Counted from the first letter of the whole stretch, positions 11,223 through 25,400 are shown. The stretch is 62,064 nucleotides of DNA, filler included, from Choristocarpus tenellus KU-1152 (GCA_964200185.2; 12 parts of 12 records of this genome joined end to end with filler, not necessarily neighbours in it), one strand, 5' to 3'. Notes: a model not told the origin generated them from the letters alone. Numbers and translations are program-made.

Positions 11223-14200
11223 CTTGACTTCAACGTCCCTCTCCTCTGCTGGAAGGGGCGCCTTTACCAGCTCTCCTTCCAACACTCCAATGCACTCACC
11301 CAGAGTCGACCTCTTCTTGATGGCCTCCACCAGGGCATCATACACATTCTGACAGTTACACGACAGTTACAATTGAAAAAAAGAAAAGAGCACAACAGTA
11401 TTTCCAAGCACAGGTTGTTAGGGCCAAAAGTATGCTAGGGAGGTCACCCTCACAATACAAAACTGCACATAATTGCATTACGTTTCTGAGGGTTCAATTA
11501 ATTCATCGAGCTTGACTTCTACCAAGGACGGAAGTTATGTTAGGGTTAGGGTTAGGTTTAGGATTTTATTATTTTTATGGTATACATAGTAATACTCGAT
11601 ATTGAGAGACATGCAACATACATAATAATAATAATATAAGGACATCAATTAAAATAATAAATAGTAGCAATAGTAAGAGTAAAATGAGGGAAAGATGAAG
11701 AAGATGGAAGTGTCATGAACAGGGACAAAGAGTAACACAACAATAGAGCAACATAGTGTTAAGGTTAGGGTTACAGGTTGTGGTTGTTTCTTGCACAGTA
11801 CTATCTTAATAGAAGTAGGCACTAATAGAAAGCAATAGATCAAAAACCCATACATATTTTTCGCGTGCAGTAGAATATATTCTTACACATTCAAACGAAC
11901 ACACGTAATATTCAGAACTTATTGAAAGAAGAAGAAAATGTTCTATTTTGAATTTTCACCTGCAAACACTAACCGCTTGAAATTGTTCTCTTGACTTATC
12001 CAACATTAAAAGAACTTAACTGTTTGCACTAAACTGGATTTGGGAGGTTTGGAGGTGAATAGTATCTGCAATGCCTTCCCATATGTCTAGAACACCAGGG
12101 CAAATAACAATCCCCCAACCGAAACAAAATGTCAAACTTTCACCTCCCTAACTCTAACCCTTACACTATTAGTACTATTATTTACATGTTGTAATATATA
12201 TTATTTCTAAGAGCATACTAACCCTAACCCTAAGTAATCGTGACACCAACTAGTTCTAACCCTAACCCTACTGGGTTACTACTACAACAGTTCCACCAAC
12301 AAACTGATTCGACATTTGATTGGTCAATCATCTTCTGAGAATATTATTAAAAATGCTCTGGAAGGGTTAATGTACATGTCATTGACTTCAAGGTACACAC
12401 AAAAGACAGGGTTACCACAATAACCCTAACCCTTAACCCTAACCCTAACCACAGCCAGAATGGAACATACTTTCCTGTAAATAAACAAATATAATACACA
12501 AAATAAAAATGAAAACATTGGGAAAGAACCCGTTGGTGCCCTAAACCTAAGATAGCAAGTGCATCCTGCCATACTAACTTTCAGTCACATTTTCCAGATA
12601 TCAATCACTACTACTATAATATCATAGACTGTGCTGAAAGTACTCACATACAGAGCTGTGTTAACTTAGCAAATACTAATATAATTAGTACATATCTTAG
12701 GGTTAACCCTAACCCCAACCCCAACCCCAACCCTAAGCGATACTTCAAGTGCAGCATAGAGGTCTAACTCTATCCCTATCCCTAACCCTAACACCTTGCA
12801 ATCAGATTCCACTCAAATCAGATCAACTATGTTCGGGGAGATATTTTCATCACAAAAGAGGTACAGGATACAAGATACATCCCCACTTCTCTAGGTGCAC
12901 TCGAGTACTGTCTAGGCAACCCTAACCCTATGAGACAAACAGCCCTAACCCTAACCTGAATCTGTATGGAGTACGCTAAACAAAAAAGAGCCATACCCTA
13001 ACCCTAACCCTAACCCCATTGTTGAAAATAACAATAATAAATACAGGTCGATCCGATCAAGACTTCAAAAAAGCTTGAATCTTGAATAACACTAACTCTA
13101 ACCCTAACACTAAATCTTGAATAACCCTAACCCTATCCAATACACTACAAAATGGGGAGGTAATAAACGCCTTCTATGAAATGTTCATCCAACAATTGGG
13201 AACTCTGCTCAGCCTGAAAAAAAACAGAGGCATAGTTTGCAATTTACAGTTAGGGTTAGGGTTGGAAAGGCACATGGACACTAACCCTAACCCTAAGACA
13301 AAACATCAATTCCTTGTATTTGAGAGGAGTTGAACTTGGTAACACTGGCGATAGCTGCATTCCAAATGATGGCGTACACCTCAAGCTACACACACAAACA
13401 TCCACATTGTCGGGTTGTCCAGGTCATATTACTGCATCCCTACTTCATGACAAGACATCAAGTTCCCTGCTGATACTGCATCCTACAGTTTTCTCAAACG
13501 ATATTTTGGGGAAGCTCCGAGTTGGTATTTAACCCTAACCCTATCCCTAACAGTTTACAACCTATAGAATACTGAGGATGAATCTATACTTTTTTCTTTC
13601 TAAAAAAACCCAATGGCTTTGAAAACATGAAAATCCACTTCTTCTTCACCACAATACTTCCAAAAAATTTATGGTTTTAGCTCTGTCTCCTATGTATAAC
13701 ACACAAGGCTACCCCAACCCTAACCCTAACCCTAACCCTAGCCCTAAATTTTTATGATAAAAAAAGCAAAAGTTGCGGTGAGACTTTTGATTTGGATTCA
13801 ACCAATAGATTTGGCCAGATCAGCTTGTTCATGCATCATATGCAGATTTTATTGGTCATAATTTCGTCACATCAAGATTGATAGCAACTCAAACTTTGAG
13901 GACAAGATAGGAAAAAAAGGCTTTGTTTTTCACCTCTAACCATTAGTAGGAGACACATGTTTCAAAATAATACAACCTCTGCAGCACCCAAATTTGGGCA
14001 AGGCTCACTATCAATAAACCCTAACCCTAATATCAACACACCAACAAATGAACTAACCACTACTAACCCCAACCCTTGATCATTGAACAATGTACATGGT
14101 TACAGCATCCCCATCAACCAACCAACCATAAAACACGCGGGTATCACTTAGTAACAGTACCATACAATGAATTCTAGGGTTGGGGTTAACCAAGCACCAC

Positions 14201-14419
14201 TGACAAAAAAATAAAAAAAATCTCAGCAGGTTCTATTCTCATCCCCAAATCATCACGCCTAATACATTAATAAATTAATAAATTGACCTTGTGTTCCTTG
14301 ATGATAAGAACAGCTTGCACGATGGCCCAGTGTCCCTGCTCCTCAACCTTGACCTCATCAACATAAGGAAGAACATTTTCAAACAACTCGTATAATACCC
14401 TCTTGTCAGCCATTCCTCC
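11223..14419 (-). CDS. Unidentified, probably alpha-helical protein (internal exons)
   Basis: Phase-0 exons 14419-14288 (GGMADKRVLYELFENVLPYVDEVKVEEQGHWAIVQAVLIIKEHK) and 11348-11223 (NVYDALVEAIKKRSTLGECIGVLEGELVKAPLPAEERDVEVK), plus a probable small exon 13213-~13169 (AEQSSQLLDEHFIEG). AG/GT boundaries are present. Family not recognised. Confidence 0.65.
11540..14190. repeat. Dispersed interstitial telomeric repeats (CCCTAA/TTAGGG)2-5
   Basis: Roughly 20 short arrays, e.g. 12421-12450, 12697-12735, 12996-13017, 13712-13746. Confidence 0.9.
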
Positions 14420-14440
14420 CTGCCAAAAAAGGTGTGTGTA

Positions 14441-14494
<54 letters not shown>

Positions 14495-15718
14495 TGTTGA
14501 AGGAGATGGATAAGGGCTAGGAATAAGGTTAGGTGTGTGGATGGGTGGACAGACAGACTTTGACAAGTGCATTATTTTTTTTTAATGATTAATGAAATAA
14601 ATTAAAACCAAAACTATGCCTCAAGTATACCAGTTGATAACTGACACTTGATACTCAGTACCAGGGAAATATCAACAAAAAATATCAATCAGAAATATCA
14701 ATCATGGGTACTCCATTGATAGTGTGGTTTACTATTAATGATGATTCATGAAAGTTGATTCTCCTCCCAATAGTACACACAAACACACAGACACACAGAC
14801 ACACAGACATATGGCTCTATCGCCTCCACTCTCTGCCAGGATAAGGGTGTAGGGTTGGGGGAGGGAGGGGGGGGGAGNNNNNNNNNNNNNNNNNNNNNNN
14901 NNNNNNNNNNNNNNNNNNNNNTTAATTAATTAANNNNNNNNNNNNNNNNNNNNNNNNNNNNNNNNNNNNNNNNNNNNCGCTGCACCCCTCCCCCTCCCCT
15001 AGACAGGGCATGTTGTTACGTAATGTTGTTATTCTTTTTTTTGTTACGTAATGTTTTTATTATTCTCAGGGCATATTGTTACTACTGTTGGAAGATCAGG
15101 GGTAAAAGGTATGTTTTTGAATAGAGTTGTTGTGAATTATGTAATAGAGTTGCAGAACATTTTTTTCGTCTATTGTATGACAGTATGAGGTATGAATGTA
15201 TGAGGTGTGACAGTATGAGGTATGATGGTATGTGGTGTGAAGTTATGAAGGTATGGCGATATGACAGTATGACAGTATAAGGTATGACAGTATGTGGTAT
15301 GATGGTATGATGTTGTAGTATATATTAGTATATAGTAGTATATTGTAGTATATTGTAGTGTATTGTAGTGTATATATTTGGGGGTGTAAGAGTGTTGTTT
15401 CCTTGTATTTTATTTTTTACCATTTTTTTGTTTGTGCACCCTTATTTTTATATTTTTACCATTTAACGTTCTGTTTTATATCCTGCCTGTGGTGAGTGTT
15501 TTACAAATGACCTCTCATGCCCATGAGAAGATAAAACTATATTAAAAATGAATAAATAGTAAACTAGTTGAAATGTTTTGGTTCAAACTGAGATAAGACT
15601 ATTTACATTTCGAGTTCAATTATATCAATTTATTTATTTATTTTATATATATATATATGATTAATTATCATCTTTTACTTTTTCTTCTATTTGTTTTGCT
15701 TGTTTTTATTATTATTAA

Positions 15719-15752
<34 letters not shown>

Positions 15753-15759
15753 ATTATAG

Positions 15760-17450
15760 GTGTTTGAGAAACATAATGTGAGGGTGCTTGGCACGCAAAT
15801 TCCGGTGATCATGGCTACAGAGGACCGCGATGTGTTTGCTACCAAGCTACGGGAGATCAATGAGAAGCTTGCTCAGAGTATTTGTGCAAGTAACATGGAG
15901 GAGGGGTTGGCAGCAGCTGGAAAGGTCAGTCATGGTCATCTTTTTTTTTGTATTTTGTACTTTATACTTTGCATTTTACATTTTATACTTTATACTTCGT
16001 ATTTTATACTTTGTACTTTATACTTTATACTTTATACTCTGTACTTTGTACTTTATACTCTGTACTTTGTACTTCGTACATTGTACTTTATATTTTGTAC
16101 TTTGTACTTTATACTCTGTACTATGTACTTTGTACTTCATGTTTTGTACTTTATATTTTGTACTTTGTATTTTATATTTTGTATTTTGAATGCGTGGTTC
16201 TGTTTGGAAGTGTCTGTTATGGTTCTTTCTTTTAATTGTATTTTTTTATGTTTGTTCTATTAAGAAAAGTTTGATTTATTTTAATTGTATTTTGTTTATG
16301 TTTGTACTATTAAAAAAAGTTTGAGTTCAGAGGAGTATGTTTTGCTTGTTTTGATGATATGTACTGTATCTGTATTTAATGTGTATCTTTGAAAGTATAT
16401 ATTTTTTGTTTTATCTTTTTTTTCTCTTCTGTTGGGTGGAAGATATGTGGCTATGTGGTGTTTGTATGAGCATGTATATTTTTTTATTATGCCTTCTCTG
16501 TTCACAGCTTCAGTGTCGAACAGTTAGCTGGGCTGGCTATAAAGCATGCAAGATGGTATCAAGATTTTTACTATTATTATTATTTTGTTGTCTTGGAATA
16601 AATAACAAATATCTGATGCCCAAAAATGTGAGTGACCTCAGTAGGCTTGCACAGAAGTAGCAGCAAGGTAGTAGATTGGATAGTAGTAGATTGGAACAAG
16701 AGTTGTAAGTCTGGATTGATCAAGGGGGGGGGGCAGCAGCTCAATGAAGTGGAGTTTACATCCTATGACTACCCAAGAGTTGTGTTGAAAGTCTCAAACC
16801 CGCCTTATGGGACAAAATGTATGACCATGTTAATGACAATTTAATGACCATGTTAATGACAATTTTAATGACAATTTTAATGACCATTTTTTTATGACGT
16901 CAACTCGGAATGACCCGCCTTTTTTTTTAGTTGGGTTAGGGATAAGATCGTTGACACTAGTATAGAATATTTGTATAGGATATTTGTATAGATGTTAATA
17001 GTATTTTTAATTGAATCGTACTCTATTAGTACAATTTTGTTCCAGGGCCACAATTTTTTAGTTTAGTATTTTGTGAGGTAAAAATTAAGTATTTGAATTG
17101 TTGTGCTGCTCTGGGGCCACAATTTGGTTACTATTTCTACATTGTATCGCTCTGGGATCATACAATAGTTTCCACTTATGCGGTGGACCACCCCACTTGT
17201 TGTGTATATGCACTTGCTTAGATTGGGTATCCAGTCCTCATCAGAGCAGCCTATGCCCTGGGTGGGCTGGGATCTGGATTTGCAGAGGATGAGAAGGAGT
17301 TCCGGATTGTGGCAGAGAAGGCATTTGCATATTCTGACCAGCTCATCGTTGACCAGGTATGTATGTATGTATGTATGTATGTATGTATGTATGTATGTAT
17401 GTATGTATGTATTATGTTTATGTGCATTTGTCTGTGCCTTTTAGTCTTAA

Positions 17451-17490
<40 letters not shown>

Positions 17491-20400
17491 ATTAATTGTG
17501 TTCAGATGTTGATCGTTTCAAATTCGTGTCTTTTTGTTTTTGTGTAATTTGTTTTCATTTATATGCTTTTTTAATGTCTGTGTATGCCTGTAAGTGTTAT
17601 GAATATTTTTGTAATGTTTTTTTAATTCTATTTTTATTTACTTAGCTATGTTTTTAAAAAAATCATTGTGGACCGTTGTTGGTTGCTGTTTGCTTGATGA
17701 TGTTGCATGATGTTATAGGACCTCCGAGGTTGGAAGGAGGTGGAGTATGAGGTTGTTAGAGACAACAGGGACAACTGCATCACAGTGTGCAACATGGAGG
17801 TAGGTAACTGATCAATGCAAATATGCTCTCAACTTCACGCCTTCCATTGAATTAGGAAAGATATGGGGTCACAGAAGGTAAGGCACTTTTTTGTATTTTA
17901 CTAGAATGTTAACAGTTGGTAGTGAAATGATGTAGAAACGAATCTTTGTTTATTGTTTATTATTTATGTGATATTGTGGAGGTAAGGTATTTGGTTGGAT
18001 TGTTGGTAGGTTGTACTTTTTAACGTAACTGTCATTATTATTATTATTAATATTATTATTCATGTTTTAATTCTCATTAATATTATTTTTATTTTTTTTA
18101 GTTGGTGCAATGAAGTTGTTTGGCGTGGCTGTATTATCAATATTAGTAACCAGATTCTGTAACTGCTATTTTATTAAATTAATTTTTGTAGTCTATAGTT
18201 TTATTTTTAGTAAAAAAAAAGTGAAGTTTTGAAGTTGTTGGCAGTGGCTGTATGAAGGGAATTTTCAAATAGCATGTATTTTCAAATAGTATGTATTTTT
18301 AAATAGTATGTATTTTCAAATAGTATGTAAGTATTTGTGTCTCGAGAGGTGTTTTCTTATTATTATTACCATTCCTAAAGATGGCAATAAATAAATTAAC
18401 TGTTTTTAAAAGTTTTTGTAGTAAGTTATTTTTTAAATTTTTGGGGGTACGTTTCCATCGCGTTGCTGAGAAAAAAACTGAAAAATCAGAATTTTTGTTT
18501 TTGTTGAGTTGTGGTGAGGAAGGCTAGGGTTAAGGCTGGTATTTAGTATTTGTAATATTGGGGAGGTTAGGGTTTGGGTTATAGGACTGGAGGTACAATA
18601 GTAAAAATATTGGGAAAATTGAAGGTTAAGGGCAGGGAATGGTATCAATGGTATTGGGTAGGTTAGGATTAGGGTTAGGGATGGTAATAGTGTTAATGAT
18701 ATAGAGGAGGTTAGTTATTTTTGTGTATTGATGTGATTGAAGGATATACCTCTTCTCTCTGTAAGTCTTGTACAACTTGGATTGTTTTTGGAGGTGTGGA
18801 GGACAGGATGATGTTATTGGTTGTATAAAATGTATGTTATGTTTGGAATAATAATGTTTGGAATAATAGTGTTTGGAATAATAATGTTTGGAATAATGTG
18901 TTTGGAATAATAGTGTTTGGAATAATGAAATAACTGACTGTGAGGCTGGTCCTGGAAAAGGTATGCTGTTGAGAAAAAGATGTACCTTTTGGTGACACAC
19001 TGTCCCATTTCAGATACAAGAGACATTAGATTTTTATTATTTTTGTTCTTTGGTATTTTGAGTATGTATGTTTTGATCTCTTAGACCAATGGTATTTTGA
19101 GTATGTATGTTTTGATCTTTTTAGACCAATGGTATTTTGAGTATGTATGTTTTGATCTTTTAGACCCATGGTATTTTGAGTATGTATTTTGATCTCTTAG
19201 ACCAATGGTATTTTGAGTATGTATGTTTTGATCTGGAGACCAATGGTACTCTTTGGATATGGATAAATAATAGTAATTGTCATTGTAATAGTGTGATATA
19301 TTTTTTTCTGTTAATGTATTGATACTATTGTTAATAGTTGAAACATGATGATATTGAAATTGATCTTGGTATTTATACCATGATACTGACACTGATATTG
19401 ATGTTGATGATACCATGATACTGATACTGATATTGATATTGATGTGGATGTTGATGTTGGTGATACCATGATACTAATACTGACACTGATATTGATATTG
19501 ATGTTGATGTTGATGTTGATGATACCATGATACTGATACTGATATTGATATTGATGTGGATGTTGATGTTGGTGATACCATGATACTAATACTGACACTG
19601 ATATTGATATTGATGTTGATACTGATGTTGATGATACCATGATATTGATATTGATGTGGATGTTGATGTTGGTGATACCATGATACTAATACTGACACTG
19701 ATATTGATATTGATGTTGATGTTGATGTTGATACTGATATTGATATTGATGTTGATACCATGATACTAACACTAATACTGATATTGATATTGGTCTTGAT
19801 GTATCAAATTGTTATTTGGTGTGTGTTTTGTATCATCAGAACTTTGATCCCTTGGGAGTGCACACAGGGGACTCTATTGTTGTGGCCCCAAGTCAGACAC
19901 TGTCTAACAGAGAGTACTTCCAGCTTAGGAACACTGCCTTGAAGGTAAGGCAATGCAACAAATTCCCAACCAACACCTTTGGATTGGTTTTAGGATACCA
20001 TATGTTTTTATGTTCTGTTCATCATGTACACATATGGTTGTGTTATGTTATGTTATGTTATGTTCATGTGTCTCTGTGTGTGACTGTCAGCACATTTGTC
20101 TGTATATTTCCATGTTTGTTTCAAGCTGTGTTTTCCCTGCAAGGTTGTTACGTTTGATGGGGTTAGGGTTAGGGTTAGGGTTAGAGTTAGGGTTAGGGTT
20201 AGCCCAGAGTAGTGAGAGTGTTACCTACCTCATGTCTGAGAAAAGTATGTGTTTCGATGACTGTCTACCATCTACCGATCTGTGTGTTGTCTGCCTGTAT
20301 GCAATCCTTTGGTGTTTTTAGTTTGGAGTATCTTCAGTGTGGTACTCCTTTATTTTTTATTTTTTATTATTTTGTAATTTTTTTGTCTCTACTACTGTTC

Positions 20401-23400
20401 TCTCCTGTTTGAAATAAGACATATATGTGTGTTTGAGAAAAATATGTGATAAAGTATACATATTTTGTACAACAATATATTTTTAAATATCCCAGTAAAT
20501 ACTTCCATTATGAGAAGTATATGTATATACATATATATATACATACACTTTTAAAATTTGAACTCTCCCTTTTCACAGAAAGGACACAATCACTAACGAA
20601 AAGATATTTTTAATATATATATATATATATATTTTTCTTTGACAGGTGGTGCGTCATCTTGGTGTGGTAGGAGAGTGCAACATACAGTACGCTCTTAATC
20701 CGGATAGTGAGGAGTACTGCATTATTGAGGTAAATAATATGTAGTACATTATTGAGGTAAATAATATGTAGTATCAGGGATGGGATGGGGTGGGATATTA
20801 TAGTATCTGGAAGATTTTCTTGCCTGTACTTTTATTTTTTATCAATGTTTTTGTGTGTGGTTGTGATTTTTTTATTTTAATTTACCAGGGGTTTTGAAAG
20901 GGGAACGGGTGGGGGGGGGGAGTGATTTTCCTTTTTTTATAGATTACTTTTTTATATTTATTATCATTATTATTATCATTGTATGCTATTGTTTTTTTGT
21001 GGTGATGTGGCCACCTGAATGGAGGTTAGGGTTAGATGTATGTAGGGGAATGCACTATTTTGAAGGTAGGACTGAACTAATCTGTACCAACTAATCTGTA
21101 CCAACTAATCTGTATGTAGTCTAGACCAAGGGGAGGGGAGGTATTCAAGATCTAGTGGAACAAGTGGAGAGCCTTTGTTCGTTTGTTAAAAGTTAATGTA
21201 TAATAAGGTATATAGAGTTTTTCACTGACAAAATTCACTCTGGAAACAATATTATTATTATTATTACTATTATTTCTATTATTATTATTACTATTACTTC
21301 TATTATTATTATTATTATTATGGTATGCTGATGTAATCTTCCTACTTATTTTTATTGTTTGCAGGTGAATGCCCGCCTGAGCAGATCTTCTGCCTTGGCC
21401 TCTAAGGCTACTGGTTACCCTCTGGCTTATGTGGCGGCAAAGCTATCTCTGGGTATTGACCTTGTCTCCATCAGAAACAGTGTGACCAAGGTGATCATGT
21501 CTATTGTTGTTATTGTTGTTATTGTTGTTAAAAGTAAGGGTATCGTGGGCTGTATTGATGTATTGATGTATTGATGTATTGTGTAAGTGAGTCGTGTTTG
21601 CACTAGTTAAGTTTGAACATGCTACACGGAATATGGGTGAAATAAAAATGGGATATAGAAATGGGATATAAAACTCGATAGAATAGTTGTAACATTTAGT
21701 ATTGCACCTATGAGAGGTACTTTTAACAACAACAATAATAGTAATATTATTATTAATAATAATGATAATAATAATGATAATAATAATAATATGAGAGGTG
21801 TGTTGCAAGAGTTTTGGTACTTTTAAGAATGTATGGAGTTGGAATATGACGGACTGAGGTATACCTTATTGTGACATGGGGGTATACCTTATTGTGATTA
21901 GTAAGTAGTGCGTCATTTTGCAGTGTAAGTCTTCCGATAGTCTTATGCTGTGTTAATAAAATAAATGTTAACCCAATAAATGTTAATGAATTTGTGCTAG
22001 TATAATAAATAACAAATAAAAAGTTATGTGATATTGGTAGTAAATATAATAATAATAATTTACATTATTTCCTAATGCTGTACATTTATCAAGATTGGCA
22101 ATTCTAACCCTAACCCTATCCCTAATGTACAAGGATGCTTCAGCGGTGCTAAGCAAATAACAATAATAATAATAATATTAGTAGTCTGGTCCCAAGTCTG
22201 GTCCAGGGCTGTCCAAGTCCTAGCGATGAATTGAGTACAGCAATGAAATGAAGATGTTCAATAGTAGAGTACAAGGTAGAATATGTTACCTGTAAAGTTA
22301 TGATGTGTTGCTTTTTTTCTTTTTTTTGTGACTGCTCCGAAGGTGAATAGTAGTTTTTTTGTGTATGCACTTCTGTCCTGAAGATTTTGATACCTTTATT
22401 TTTTTATTTGTGGCAATGACTCTTGTATGTATGTATGTATATATATTTATTTGTGTACACTTAGGTATACCTGGGGTTGGGGGGGAGGTGGGTAGGAGGG
22501 ACAAGCAAAGTCAGTATACATGTTGGTTGTTTAATATGGAACATAACGATATTATATGATATTATTATTATTGTTATTATTATATTATTATTATTATTAG
22601 TATGGTTGTTATTATTGTTATTATCATTATTATATTATTATTATTAGTATGGTTATTAGTATTGTTATTATCATTATTATATTATTATTATTAGTATGGT
22701 TATTATTATTGTTATTATCATTATTATTATATTATTATTATTAGTATGGTTATTATTATTGTTATTATCATTATTATATTATTATTATTAGTATGGTTAT
22801 TAGTATTGTTGTTATCATTATTATATTATTATTATTATTATGGTTATTATTATTGTTATTATCTTTATTATTATATTATTATTAGTATGGTTATTATTAT
22901 TATTATTATCATTATTATTATATTATTATTATTAGTATTGTTATTATCATTATTATATTATTATTATTAGTATGGTTATTATTATTGTTATCATTATTAT
23001 TATATTATTATTATTAGTATGGTTATTAGTACTGTTATTATCATTATTATATTATTATTATTAGTATGGTTATTATTATTGTTATTATCATTATTATATT
23101 ATTCCTCCGGCATTATACATAAGATACTGTTATTAGATGTATACTCTCATCCACCAACATGCCATTTTCTTTTTCTTTATGTAGGTATGAATTGATGTGC
23201 TAAGTGTGTACCAGTATCATGTTCTCATAATGCCATTATTTTATTATTTGATGTGCTAAGTATGCAGGAGTGTTACACTCTTCTAATGCTATAGCACAAC
23301 TAGTGCTTTTTATTTGTTTGGAAATATAGTACCTTTGTTATTGATCGCCCCATTTTGAAAATTTCTTGACTGTATCCCTAATCCTACTTGAAAAAAATGA

Positions 23401-25400
23401 CTATATATATATATAGTCCTTGACTTGCTATGCACAAGCAACACCAATGTGTTTAATTGTTTGGACTTTGCCTGGACTGTGTTTGCACATTGTGTCTGGA
23501 CTATGTCTGGACTGGGTTTATACTATGTCTGGACTTCTTTTCAATGTATAACCCAATAAAGTTGCTTGTATTTTACCTTGTCAGTCCAACCCCCATCCAA
23601 TCGCAATGATTGATTGATTCTTCCCCTTTCCTCCTGTTCCCCCATGTATTATGTGTATATTATATATATTATGTTTATATTATGTATTTTATGTATTATT
23701 TATCTTCCAGTGTACCACAGCTTGCTTTGAGCCTTCGCTGGACTACTGTGTTGTGAAGATGCCACGATGGGACCTTAAGAAGTTCTCAAGGGTGTCAACC
23801 AAGCTTGGTAGTTCCATGACTAGTGTTGGAGAGGTTATGTCTATTGGTCGCACCTTTGAGGAGGCGATTCAGAAGGCTCTCAGGTACGTTTGTATTACAT
23901 GGTATGGCATTGGTGGTCAGGTGGTGTTGCTTGCCCCCTCTCCTCTCCTCTCCTCTCCTCCCCTCCCCTCCCCTCGCTTTTACGCTGACACAGTACAGTT
24001 GGAGTTGTACTTGTTGTACTTGTAATAGGTGTGTTGGTGTTGGAAGTGTACATTGTGGAGTTTGTTGTGTTTGTTGAAAGGATGTAGTGTATGAATGACA
24101 GCAGCAGTTAGTTTTGACTCATCTAGCCCTAGCCCTAACCTAGTCTGATATCTTTGACTCATCTAACCCTAACCCTAACCCTAACCCTAACCCTAACCTA
24201 GTCTGATGTTGAGCAGTTTCGCAATTTAATTTTTTTGTTACCTCCCACAGGAGGATTGATTGTGTCCATTTTAGTGTCACTTTAGTGTCATTTTAGTGTC
24301 ATTTTAAATGTCTGTTGATTAAGAGTTGAGAAAAATTGACTTTTGGGGTGTTGTTATTGAAGAGGGCAGGTAGGGGTACAATGAACAGCCTACGGTAGTA
24401 TTTCGGATAACTATCATGTGGTTGTTAGTTGTGGTTGTTAGTTGAATCGAAACCTATGTGAAGAGAGGTCGTTAGGTTGTGTAATAATAATAATATAATG
24501 TAACAGTAATATATTGTAATAATTACATTATTACATTACATGCTTGGGAATAGAAAAAAGGTAATTGTCCCCCTTCTTGTATTTCATTATTTTTAATGTT
24601 AGGTTTCTTGTTGTTGATTTTATTTTTACTTTCAGTAGGAATGATTTAAAATGTAGTGACTTGAGACTTTGCGACATTGGAAGTGGTCTGGATACGGTTG
24701 GATTTGATTTGATTTGATTTGATTTGATTCTTTTTGGCTCTTGATCTTTGACGCTGGGGGAGGAAAGTATGTTTACGTGGAGATGTATTGACGGGATAAT
24801 ATTGATTATGTTGATGTATGTTGATGTATGTTGATGTATCTCTGAGTCACAGTTCGCAAGTCTGGTGAAGGAGGGGGGTGGTCATTGTTGGGGGAGGGGG
24901 TAACAGCATGGAAACCAGCAACTACTCAAATTCACAAACATGCGTAGGCGACGTACTTAAACTCCACTACTACTCTACTAATGTACTACTACTAATGTAC
25001 TACTACTACTGTAGTACTACTCTACTAATCTACTACTACTACTCTACTAATCTACTACTACTACTCTACTACTACTCTACTACTACTCTACTAATCTACT
25101 ACTACTCTACTACTCAAGTATAGTGTATTATCGTTTCCACTCCATTGTCATGATATTCCCATGTACTTGCAGTTGAAGGGTTAGGGCTTTGAAAGGGCTG
25201 TCATGCTGGTGCTATTATTGAAAAATAAACTAAATTTATTGTAGCATCGAGTCCCTATTTGCCTTTTTTTTATTCCTTGGCATGGTGAAGGAAATGTTCT
25301 TTTTGTTTTAATGTATGTGTTTGTTGTGGGGGGGGGGGGGGGGGGAATCACACAGAATGGTCAATCCGGGGGCGGAGGGGGGGGGGGGGGAGCGGAAGAG
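15760..25400 (+). CDS. Carbamoyl-phosphate synthetase, synthetase region (first ATP-grasp domain), 8 internal exons
   Basis: Exons 15760-15924, 17222-17356, 17719-17799, 19840-19944, 20646-20729, 21365-21490, 23711-23883 and 25356-(25400) splice in frame. They give [92 protein letters not shown] and [23 protein letters not shown]. Urea-cycle versus pyrimidine (CAD-type) paralogue is not resolved. Confidence 0.97.
15950..16188. repeat. Intronic 7-bp microsatellite (TACTTTA/TACTTTG)
   Basis: Direct reading. It produces the spurious LYFILCT ORF extensions. Confidence 0.9.
18838..19800. repeat. Compound intronic tandem arrays (15-bp GTTTGGAATAATAAT, ~39-bp GGTATTTTGAGTATGTATGTTTTGATCTCTTAGACCAAT, 6-bp GATATT/GATGTT with higher-order structure)
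   Basis: Arrays at ~18838-18925, ~19052-19245 and ~19376-19800. Confidence 0.9.
22558..23103. repeat. (ATT)n-derived higher-order array punctuated by AGTATGGTT
   Basis: Direct reading within a CPS intron. Confidence 0.9.

Noticed and set aside
19052-19245. CRISPR-like spacing of 39-40-bp repeats (also 42345-42553 and 58045-58180)
   Set aside because: Head-to-tail units with no unique spacers, no cas genes and a eukaryotic context.
15830-22970. Low-complexity ORFs ([17 protein letters not shown], poly-I/Y)
   Set aside because: Translations of intronic microsatellites.
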